Shown one piece after another: positions 1-13,001 of a stretch of DNA of 64,000 nucleotides; the stretch's first letter is position 1; every line of letters begins with the position of its first letter. The translations under genes and the position numbers were made by a program. The notes beneath the pieces were generated by a model. It had not been told where the DNA came from. It made no database searches and saw only the letters and a program-made list of their open reading frames with translations. Source of the stretch: Eledone cirrhosa (taxonomy: Eukaryota); assembly GCA_964016885.1 (NCBI GenBank), contig OZ024743.1, positions 313,348,001 through 313,412,000 on the forward strand. The letters are read 5' to 3'.

Positions 1-553
1 CACTCTTAGTACAGCTGTTACTTAAATATAAGTATGTACTCGTACATACATATATGTATACAGACGTACAGTAGTATGTATATATATATACATGCACACA
101 TATATATATATATATGTACGTATGGATTCACCGAACATTTATTATAATGCTCGGTGTGTTTGTAAACAAACATCCCGTATTAAGCCGTAGTGTCTGGCAA
201 CCATCGTTGCTCGTTTGTTCAACACTGACAAATGAACGCTGTACTAGTTTCAAGCTTATTAGCTATCGTCAGCAACGTATACCTTCCTGCCAGATTGTTG
301 AGCGTATATACTTACCTTATGCATATTAACGGCTGTGCAGCCCAATTTTCATATCGAGTGGGTTAATCGGCCGGGTGCACCGAAAACGATAAACGGAAAA
401 AATGAAACGAAATTTCATTTCCCACTCTTAGTACGGCTGTTACTTAAATATAAGTATGTACACGTACATACATATATGTATACAGACGTACAGTAGTATG
501 TATATATATATATATACATACATGCACATATATATATATATATGTACGTATGG
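1..553 (-). repeat. HHR-containing tandem repeat (retrozyme or PLE pLTR-like), period 422 bp, cut by the window edge
   Basis: cactcttagtac at 1 recurs at 423. A homologous copy in opposite orientation lies at 60530-61170. Confidence 0.85.
236..278 (-). ncRNA. Minimal type I hammerhead ribozyme
   Basis: Minus strand: acgttg CTGACGA t-agct-aata-agct-t GAAA ctag TA cagcgt. It has a 6-bp stem I, an intact core and a palindromic CTAG in place of stem III. Confidence 0.85.
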
Positions 554-556
554 TTT

Positions 557-1950
557 TGTTATGGTTTTGTTATGGTTTTGTCTGTGTTTTTGCATTTAAC
601 TAGGTGTTTCTTAAATGAGGAAGCGTTAGTATTGAGGTGTTCTTTTATTCTTATGTGAAGTGGTCTGGTGGTGCTACCTATGTAGAAATTGCTGCATTTG
701 TCGCACTCTAATCTGTATACGACCTATGCCTGGTGGCATAGGTCGGTGTCGTTGATGGGGCAGTTGGCTAGTCTGCAGCGGCTGTCCTGTCTCGTGGACT
801 GTCTTTTGGTTAACCCCCCGCGTAGAAAAGGTCCAGAGTGGGCTAGTTGGATATCTAGTCCCTCTCGTCTGATAGCTTTGCGGGTGGCTGTTGTTGTTTC
901 GTCACTGAAGTGTGGGAGCTTCAGGAAGCAAGTGTTACTGCCTCGGGTGTGGTGTCCTCTGTTCTTTCTGGCACGGTTTGTGGTGGATGTCGTGTATCCG
1001 TTCAGTTTGAGTACTTCCAGGAAATGTGTGGTGTGTGAGTCTCGGTCTCTAGCGTCGGTGCATTTGCACCGACGCTAGAGACCGTTGATGGGACAGTTGG
1101 CTGCAGGCTAGCCAACTGCCCCATCAACGATACAGACCTATGCCACCAGGCTTACGTCGTATACAGACTAGAGTGTGACAAATGCAGCAACTTCTACGTA
1201 GGTAGCACCACCAGACCACATAAGAATAAAAGAACATCTCAATACTAACGCTTCCTCATTTAAGAAACACCTAGTTAAATGCAAAAACACAGACAAAACC
1301 ATAACAGTTAGGATAGAAACTAAGGAAAGAAACCTCGGCAATCTTAGAATTAAGGAAGCACTAATTATAGACAAAACACAACCACCAATCAATAATAGAC
1401 TAGAAATCAACACCCAATTTATAACTTGATAAAGCTTCTAGCCCCATATTTACACACACACCACAGGCACACACGCACACACACACGCACACACATACAC
1501 GCTTATACCTCCACTTATTCTCTCTCACACACACACATACACACACAAAGACCAGTTCTAACACGAGATAACATCTATCCCCCACATTTACGTATAGACA
1601 TATCTTCTCACACTCACACACACACACTCACATACTTACACCTTCATGCATTCTCCCACACACTTAAACAGGCAAGTACAAAAAAAAACCTTTTAAAGGG
1701 AGACTACTCTTTATCCACCTAACCTTAACTCTTTGACATTAGAGATAGAACAGATACTCTATACCATTTCCTGTCAGCATGACTTGGCAAGCTATTTAGA
1801 ACACTAGTTTAACTGCTTTACTTCCCTCCGAAGAAAAGATATTATTTCGAAAATTAAGGACATTTAAATAAATCTAAGGTAAAAGACTAATTGTCAACAA
1901 TATCTTTTGCATTTGCATTCTTTATTCTATGTCCATACCTGCATTGTTTT
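557..1950. mobile_element. Penelope-like element remnant (thumb plus GIY-YIG) with internal inversion
   Basis: The minus strand reads LKLNGY...CRLANCPINDTDLCHQA*VVYRLECDKCSNFYIGSTTRPLHIRIKEHL. 557-778 is inverted at 1101-1306. The plus copy continues to LRIKEALIIDKTQPPINN, then a 3' UTR with an HHR. Confidence 0.85.
1824..1860 (+). ncRNA. Minimal hammerhead-like motif, CCGAAGA core variant
   Basis: ccct CCGAAGA aaagatattatttc GAAA at TA agga, at the 3' end of the PLE remnant. Stem I is short. Confidence 0.5.
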
Positions 1951-3685
1951 GGCTTTATTATACATATACAAACGTTTATACCTCATTACACAATGCTTCA
2001 AGTGAACTATAACCTCCTCCATATATATATATATATATATAAATGGATCCCTGTCCCTGCCCACAAAGGTGTTACTGTCTACTATTTTCCAATTTGTCAG
2101 TACGTATGTATGTCAGGTTCTAATATCATTTTAAACACCACACATTTCTTCGTAATATATGTTTTACAACTTTGTTAACTAGAAATTTGTTATTTTTCGT
2201 CACATGGCATTGCACAATCGCTAACATCAATTTTTGAATACTTTACATCAGTACTTTTCTGTCAATCTCAATCCACGGACATCCACCAAATTGTAGATTT
2301 AATGAACGTGTTTACTGGACAATTGTCAAAGCAACGGTATAATGGAAACAACATTTAAACATATCAACACGAATACTTTTCCCATCCAAACTAATCCATT
2401 TCATACCAACACACCTGAGACCACATCTCTTTTTAAAGTGTTCATGTATATATTAAAATATCCTATAATAAATTTATGTAGGAACATTTTATTAATTTGT
2501 GATGCATTATAAACTTCATAACAAAAATGTTAGAGATGTATAGTAAATCAACACAAATTCTTGACTATTTTCAAAACTAATTGAAACAGAAAGGCATTAA
2601 ATTTCATTAGAAAAATGGCAACGAAAGGGTTAACAAGTATTAATCGCGCGGAAATCACATACAATACCTTGCTGATTTTTAATGCATATTTCAATGCTTT
2701 ACGTAAACTAATTGTATTTGTTCATATTAAAAAAAAACTTTAGTCAACCAGCCATTAGTTTCAGTTTATAATCTCATCAACCAATTTTTCATCCTTTCGT
2801 CTCACATCTCTTCTCTTTAACTTATTGCTCACCATTTCCTCTCCCGTTAACTTTCACTCTCTATATACACACAGGTGTGTGTAGGACTATATATTTAAAT
2901 ATAGATACAATTAGGCACATTTTCTATGGATAAGTAGATTACAGTATGGCAATATGTGCAACAGAATATATATATATATATGTATGACTGCATCCATGCA
3001 TGCATGCATGTATATATATATACATGCATGCATGTATATATATATATACATACATACACACACACACATATATATATATATGTTTATATATATATATATT
3101 TATACACACATTATATATAAATATATATACATATATGTATAGGAATGTACATATGTATATACCTATATGTTTATATATACATGCATATATATATGTGTGT
3201 GTATGTGTGTATGTATGATAAAAAAAACAACAAGTTCTTTAGAATGATTGAAGGCAAGTGTACATGGAAAAGTTTATTTTTTCTTTTGTCCAAAGTGATG
3301 TTTAATGTTTTATTGATGTCATCTTGAATTAGAAACAAAATTTAATCAGCACTGAATATTTTTAACACACAACAATTTTGGAAATATAAGAAAAATATTC
3401 ATGATTTTGCTTTAATGAGTGATTTCTATATTCAAACATTACATGGATCAATATATTTTTATAGCCTCCAACCCCATAACTATCCGAATCACTCTGTTTC
3501 TATCTTTGGGCAATATTAACTCTTTATAACTACTCTACAATCTGTCAGTCTCTCTCTCTCTCTCCCTCCACCCTCTCTCTCTCTTTCTCTTTTTCTCTCT
3601 CTTTCTCTGAATTTTTAATTTTAAAAACATGTTTATGTAGGCGTTACAATAACGTAGTATTCTAATCTATAAATACACCCACAAC

Positions 3686-3760
<75 letters not shown>

Positions 3761-3763
3761 GAG

Positions 3764-3804
<41 letters not shown>

Positions 3805-4035
3805 GAATCGGTGTATTTATGGAATGGTATATTTACATTATTGTGAAGGTCCACATGACCATTTTTAATGAATTAAAACCAACAGTGTAGCTGATAGTTG
3901 AAGAGAGAGAGAGAGTGAGAGGGAGGGAGAGAGTGAGGGAGAGAGAAAGAGAGAGGGTGAGAGAGTGAGGGAGAGAGAAAGAGAGAGGGAGAGAGAGAAA
4001 GTGAGTGATGGAAAAAGTTAGAGGTCTTATATATA

Positions 4036-6797
4036 TATCTCCTCCCCAAGAACCACAAAGCCGACAACCAAGGCCGCCCCAACGTCTCCGCTTGAAACTG
4101 CCCCACAGAACTCATCTCCGCCTTTCTTGACCCCCTCGTCACCGCCCTCTCCTCCCACATCTCCGACACGAACCACGCCCTTCGCCTGTTCGACTCCCTC
4201 ACTTTCCCACCGGGCCAACACCCCTTCCTCTTCACCCTAGATGTTAAGTCTCTCGACACAGTCATCCCCGACACCGACGGCCTACGTGCCTTCCGGCACT
4301 TTCTCTCCTTCTTCTGCTCCTTCCACCCCTCCCTCCACTTCACCACCTCTATCTCCACTACCCACGACCACTTCTTGGACATCTCCGTCGCCATCGACCT
4401 CTCCCAACGCTCCCTCGTCACCTCCGCCTTCTTCAAACCAACCGACTCCCACTCCTACCTCGACTTCATCTCCTCCCACCCTACACACACTAAACACTCC
4501 ATTCCCTGCTCCCAACTCCTCCGGATCCGCCGCCTCTGCAGCCGAGATGCTGACTTCGAGTCCCAGGCCCTTTCTCTAGTCAGCCATTTCATCCGTAAAG
4601 GTTACCCCCACCCTCGCCCACGCCGCCCCCTCGCGCGCCCGTGCAGTCCACCGCTCCATCTCCCTCACCCCACGCCCCCGAACCCCCACCCACCATCTCC
4701 CCTTCCCCCTTCATCTACCACCCCTCCACCCTAACCCTCCACGGCACCATCCTCCGACTCTTCCAACCCCTCCACCTCCCCTATCTTCCCATACCCACCC
4801 CTCCCCACCTTCAAACCCGCGCGTAATCTCCGCTCCCTCCCCGTCCACAACTCCCTATCCCCAACCCCAGTTCCCTCCGGTTCCCTTCCCTACTCAAGAC
4901 CTCGCTGCCACACCTGCCCCCACATCACCACCACCACCACCTTCCAAGGTCCCAACGACCACTCTCTCTCTGTCTGGCATGCCTTCCGCTGCACCTCCTC
5001 CAATCTCGTCTATGGAAGAGTCCAGCGCAACCTACGTCGGTCATACTGGACGACACCTGGCCGATAGGAGCACCTCCTAGATATGAGTCTCGGCGGGAGT
5101 TCCCCCATCACCTGCCACTTTGGTTCCCCTGGACATTCCGCCCACCACCTCAGTCTGTCGCCTGATCCAAGCCACGGAACCCCCACCACCCACCTCACGG
5201 TCAAGCAACACACCATCTTCACCCCACATACCCATACACCCCTCGGCCTGAACTACCCACCCCTCTTCCTTTAGCAATCGACTGCCGCCCCACCCCGCAC
5301 ATCCCCTACTAACACCACTAACACATTCCCCAGTTTCACCATCCTCTCCACTCCCACTCCTCCCCCACCCCCTTAGCCCACCCCCACAACTAATGATACT
5401 AACATCCCCACCCCTCACACTAGCACCGGCGCACCCACACCTTCCATACGCACGCACCAACCTGTACATATATACACGCACTCACACTATTCACACACCC
5501 AACTACCACCACTATCCCCCACACATACATCCACATCTGACCACCCCACCACTAATATTACTAACACCCCCCATACACTTCACCTCCCCTACACACGAAC
5601 ACACACCATCACACATTACACTCACCCACACCTACGTACAAACCGATACACCACCTACTCCACACACGCACCCGCATTCAACAACTCCCCCACCACCAGT
5701 AATACTAATACCCACTCTACCACACACACACACACACACTCATATCCAAACACGCACACACACACACCAGTACATACACTCCCTCCTACCGCGTCCCCAA
5801 CACCTTCTCTCTCCCCGCTCTACCAATATACATCCCCCTAACATTTCCAATAATATACATACAATCCCACTCACACCGCCGCCCTCTCTCTTCTCCTTTC
5901 ACACCTACCGATCCCCTCCCCCAGCGCACCTCCGCACACACATACACACAGTCCCCACCACATACTGACCTCTCTATACCTGTCAGCCTCCACACTACTG
6001 CCTGCTGCTATCACCTCCCTACACCCACCTCCTTCCTCCCACCTCCTTCGCCCTGCCTTGACTCTCTGACCACTTCCTGTTGCGCGCGCACTCCACAACT
6101 CTCCACTTCCTCACTACCATACCAGTATTTCACACCACCTCTCCAACACTTCAGCTATCCATCCTATCACAACTAGAATCTCCAACATCTGATCTCATAG
6201 TCCGTGGAAAAACCCCAGCATCACACACACAAACACACTATTTTCGCACCACGCCGCCATATATCCACACCACATATAAACACACACACGCACCTGCGTA
6301 TCCCCACATACACACACTCAGCCTGCGGACTCCACACGCCCCTCTCTCTCACCCCCTCTGACCCTTCTCCATCCACACGCGCATACACATACCGACTTAC
6401 ACCCCACCCCATGTACACACCGGGGTCCCTATTACCCGAACATGGAACCTCGTTCTTCACCCAACTCTCACATTCACATCCACACACACACACGTACACC
6501 AACACATATAAACAGACATCACCTTCAGCCCTCCCCGCTCCGACCCCCCGTCTCTCCCCTCCACCTACACCACCCCTACACGCCACACACCCTTTCACCA
6601 CTTGTTTCTTTTTACTTTTTATTTTTTTACTCTACCCAAAAATTCCCTTTCCTCCCGTTCCCCCCCCCTTATTTTAAATAATTTGTTTAAATATCTTTCC
6701 ACCACTCCCCCACACACCCTCGGAACTCTCTTCCTGCCCACTTTTCTCCTGATGAAGGGATTATGCCCGAAACGTCGTCCCCCACCCCCTACTCTCA
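4036..6797 (+). mobile_element. Degenerate Penelope-like retroelement (Neptune-like): RT, thumb, Cys motif, GIY-YIG start, long 3' UTR
   Basis: YLLPKNHK..GRPNVSA*NCPTELISAFLD...LFTLDVKSLDTVIP; FKPTDSHSYLDFISSHPTHTKHSIPCSQLLRIRRLCS...RKGYP; RCHTCPH...FRCTSSNLVY. It contains stops, frameshifts and an internal deletion. Confidence 0.9.
6749..6776 (+). ncRNA. Minimal PLE-type hammerhead core
   Basis: CTGATGA a-ggg-attatg-ccc GAAA cg TC (palindromic ACGT). Stem I pairs poorly. Confidence 0.65.
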
Positions 6798-6798
6798 A

Positions 6799-6984
6799 GT
6801 TTCTACTTTTGGCACAAGGCCAGCAAATACCAGTGCATTACTGGTACTTTATTTTATCGACCCCGTAAGAATGAAAGGCAAAGTTAACCTTGGCGGGATT
6901 TGAACTCAGAATGGAAAGGGACGTAACTCTATGCGTCAAAGGATGGCGTGCGACCCTCTACCGATACTGCCAATCCACCGCCCT
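6799..6984 (-). mobile_element. tRNA-derived SINE (abundant family)
   Basis: Minus strand has A-box TGGCAGTATCGG, B-box GTTCAAATCC and core ctttgcctttcat..ggggtcgataaaataaagtaccag. Other copies at about 9284-9392, 10900-11058, 16600-16770, 27278-27342, 33790-33945, 56421-56603, 62655-62775 and 63664-63852. Confidence 0.8.
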
Positions 6985-7046
6985 GAAACTAATAATAACA
7001 TTTGTACTGCCTCTTTTTTTGTTTTCTGTTTACTGTCTCAACGTAA

Positions 7047-7077
<31 letters not shown>

Positions 7078-7081
7078 CGCA

Positions 7082-7181
<100 letters not shown>

Positions 7182-7334
7182 GAACACTTTGAACTTTGGA
7201 TCCAGCATTCCGATTTCACATCTCTGTCAGACCTTAACTAAAACGTTTTATAGTGTCTCGTTTTTGTTTCTTAATAATGGATAGATATATAGTAAAATGC
7301 AAGGAGTTTAGTATGTGTGTATATATACATGACG

Positions 7335-7740
7335 TCCGAATGAGCATCCTCCGCCTCCAACTAACTCATCATCCGCCTCCTTTTGGCTGTTGGCAGGATG
7401 GATAATACAGAGGACAGCGAGGGAGTGACGCAGGAACAGCCTCTCCACCTCGTGGGGCTCGTACCTGCTGGCAGCCAACTCTGCTCTTATAGCAGTGAGC
7501 AGGGATGTGGTCTAGGGGCTAAGAACGCTGGAAGTCTCCACTGCTACAGGGGCTATCACATACCTATCAGAGAGTGGTCGGTACTTTGCCCTCTTCGGCA
7601 TCTTGAGCAGCTGAGCCTGGGATGTTAGCCGAACGCCCCAGTTTGTCACAGCATGTAGCATCCCAGATGAGTGGCCTATCCCAGCGGAACGTGAAGATTG
7701 TCATGCCGTCTGGTCTTTTGTTGTCCTCTTTTTACAGTCA
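7335..7740 (-). mobile_element. CRE-clade non-LTR retrotransposon 3' fragment (restriction-like endonuclease)
   Basis: Minus strand: DNKRPDGMTIF..LIWDATCCD..GSAAQDAEE..KYRPLSDRYVIAPVAVETS, the PD-(D/E)xK RLE pattern of CRE elements. Frameshifted. Confidence 0.75.
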
Positions 7741-8436
7741 AGTATTTTTGGCGCCGACATGCTGTGTAGTTAAGGGATTCGCATCACAACAACGTGCTTC
7801 TGGGTCCAGAACCCAATAGAATAATTACCAACCTTGAAAACCAACCGACTATATCAATGTAGCGTCACATCATGGCTGCAATCTAATGAGTGAAATCAGT
7901 AAAAGAATAACAAATAAAATAATATAATATTTGTGTTATAAAAGTTTACGATCTATTGCAATGCCAGAAAAAAAAATAACATCAGACCGGTGTTTATTTC
8001 GAATTTATTGGCGTTAAGCGATTGAGAATAGAAGATTGACGCCATTTCATTGCAAAGTTAACTCTCAGCTACTGCTGATGGAAATGTTCAACTGTGAGGA
8101 CTTGAGCAGCGTGAAAAGTGTGTTCTTCAAGAAATATCGTAACACCCAATCCGAGAATCGAACCCATGACATCATGCTAGTAAGTTCAACACTCTAAACA
8201 TTAGGCTACATATGTTCATCTTATATGAGGCTCCTTAGCTCAATGGTTGGCTGGAATTTGTGAGACATTAATTTCGATAATTCGTAGCGGCCGTCGACCA
8301 CTTTTTCTCGTCCACATGGGCATTTTATTCGAATTTGTAAGCTATTTGCTTTTATAGCAAACAAATGTATTTATAGTTATTTTTTGCATCTGAGATTCCT
8401 AATTACTCAACTACTCGGCGCTTCGGTAATTTGATA

Positions 8437-9285
<849 letters not shown>

Positions 9286-9401
9286 GTTTCTACTATTGGC
9301 ACAAGGCCAGAAATTACCCAGTACATTACTGGTACTTTATTTTATCGACCCCGTAAGGATGAAAGGCAAAGTTAACCTCGGCGGGATTTGAATATATATA
9401 T

Positions 9402-9964
<563 letters not shown>

Positions 9965-10077
9965 TTAAGGATACTATTTATGGTTATGTATATAATAAAA
10001 CCTTTTATAGCTATATATGTTTCTATATGTCTCTTGTGTTGAAAAGGAGGTCAAGTATGTAAAAAATCACTAAATAA

Positions 10078-10126
10078 TTGCTCCGAAGAATCCAAACCTC
10101 GGTTTGGAGGAAACAATTGTAAGCAA
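10078..10126 (+). ncRNA. Hammerhead ribozyme, CCGAAGA core variant
   Basis: ttgct CCGAAGA a-tccaaac-ctcg-gtttgga-g GAAA caattg TA agcaa. A second copy is at 49926-49974. Confidence 0.75.
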
Positions 10127-10159
10127 ATAAATGATTTAAACTGAACTTTGATTCATGTA

Positions 10160-10400
<241 letters not shown>

Positions 10401-10439
10401 TTACTTCGCCTTTCTGCAAAGTCAATGTTGCACACGTTT

Positions 10440-10640
10440 TACGGAGCCTTTGCAGGGCATTCAGCTGGAGCAGGGACGTGAACGGGCTGCGTGGGTATGG
10501 GTGGATAACATCACCGTGGTGGTGCTGCACACCTCGGAATTGACGTAGTCGGCAACTTTTTAGAGGATTGTGAAACATCGAGGGGAGCAAAAATCAACTT
10601 GGACAAGTCAGTGGGTTTGCAGCTGGGTACCGGGGAATTT
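10440..10640 (+). mobile_element. Tx1/L1-like LINE RT fragment
   Basis: WVDNITVVV (degenerate YADD), followed after a frameshift by CETSRGAKINLDKSVGLQLGT. Confidence 0.6.
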
Positions 10641-11684
10641 TCTTGGGATCTGATTTGCGCAGACATAGACTGAGGCTATGTTATCTCCAGATATTCCTAA
10701 GTTGTGAACAGTTGTCGGTCCTAGAGTTTGGAAAGGAGAAGGGCACCTCTCAATGCTGCTCTTGGCTATTAGCGGGTTAAGCATGTATATGATTCTTAAG
10801 TTACCCCTGGGTGGTACTCCCCCTATTGGAGGAATTCTGTTGATTCGTTGATGATTGTTACTGGTTACATTTCTTATGTTTTATGTAATTCCCCAATGCT
10901 CCGGTGATACGTCCTGAGTTCAAATCCCGCTGAAGTTAGCTTTGCCTTTCATCCTTACAGGTCCGATAAAATAAAATACCAGTTATGCTCTGGTAGCGAT
11001 TTAATCAACTTTCCCCTCCCCACAAATTTGTTGGCCTTGTGCCTAAATCAGAAACCATTAATATATCTGTTATTTTACACATACATTAACCCATTTACAC
11101 ACATACATTTAGAAACAGCCACACATGTACGATAGTACCAACTCATACACAGACACACAAATGAACTGATTAAATTACACACAATTCCTTCAATGAATAT
11201 ATACACTTCGTGTCATACATGTGCATGTATGTATGATAAACACTGGCATTTAAATAAAATAATAATTTAATTATTTTTCATAAGAAATTATAATTAACTT
11301 TAGAATTACGTGAAAACAGATGCCTAATTATTTTCATTTATTGATTCTGATTTTCTAATAAATGAGACAAAATTAATTACAGCTATGTATATTTGAAATT
11401 TCACTTATGCTTATTAGTGAGTGTATATAACCTGTATTCTTTGTTTGATAACGTCTCTCATTTACGCAATTATGATATCATTAAGTTATATAATGTGTTT
11501 ACAATTTATGAAGTAATTAATTTTATAAATTCTGAAAGACGAATGAAATATTCTAAATACGATCCATTCATGTTTAACACACAAGGAATTTTGAGTGAAC
11601 GTGATATACATTCATTTTAAAATTACCGACGTTTTACATAATGATCAAGGTGTTTTGTTTATAACTCTTCACTATATATGTATA

Positions 11685-11737
<53 letters not shown>

Positions 11738-12783
11738 TAAACACACACACACACACATATATATATATAAATTAGAAAGTGATTAAATACCTCTGTAATT
11801 AAATAGCTGTGTTCTATACATAGAACACTCTTTTTTTTCTTAATATATGTATTAATCGATGTAACGTGCAAGTAAAGATTGAACCTTATCTAAGAAAAAC
11901 CAAACATGTTGAATTACATTAAGGCGAAGACGAAACTTTTAGTGATTGCATTAGTAGGATATTTACAGTTTAGTTAGAGGACAAAGGACGTCACCCACGA
12001 TAGCTTTGACGGGCACCTTAACACAGTGAGAGGGGGTGGGTAGAGAGGAAGAAGAAATCAAAACAAATCGATTATTCTTAGACCAGAAATCTGGTTCGTA
12101 TGCTTTTAACAGATTAGACACTCTAAACACAACTAATTTGAGTCAGATTACAATAGTGCTCATATGTCCGCTAAAATGTAACTATATGGCATTGAGATAC
12201 TCTAAGACTTAAATTAAACTGCCAAAGATAAGTTGTTAGTAAATAGACATTTTAAGTCTTGCTGTGAAAAGATAATATGGTTAACCTACAGGCTTTTCTT
12301 TCTGTGGTAAAAACAAAACAAAAGAATATGATACTGATATGAATAATTTCAGCATTTAAAATTGTTTCATTAGAGATCGGTTCCGTATTAACCTATTCAC
12401 AAATGAATAGTAGACGACGACAATATATAAGAAACACCAGCTCGAGCAGTTCAAAATTGGCCTGCTGTATTTGCATAACAACGCCATTGTTGACAATGAA
12501 TAATTGGAATGATTCATAACACATGATAGAACCAAATATTAAGTGTAAATCACTGAACATTCCTCAGATACTTATACATTTGATGTAATTATTAGGGAGT
12601 TTCAGAGTTAGCTACAATTCATCTTACGGGCTCTCTAACGGATTTCCATCTACCCAATGTCATTCACAAGTCTTGAACACGTTACTATACGAATACACTC
12701 ACACCCCCTATCTCTCTGTCTCTCTCTCTCTCTATATATATATATATACACACGCACACACAAACACACACACACATATATAT

Positions 12784-12843
<60 letters not shown>

Positions 12844-12882
12844 ATACTTGGGGAGGGTCATATTTGTGTAATATTGCCAGAA

Positions 12883-12945
<63 letters not shown>

Positions 12946-12956
12946 CAGAGAGAATT

Positions 12957-13001
<45 letters not shown>

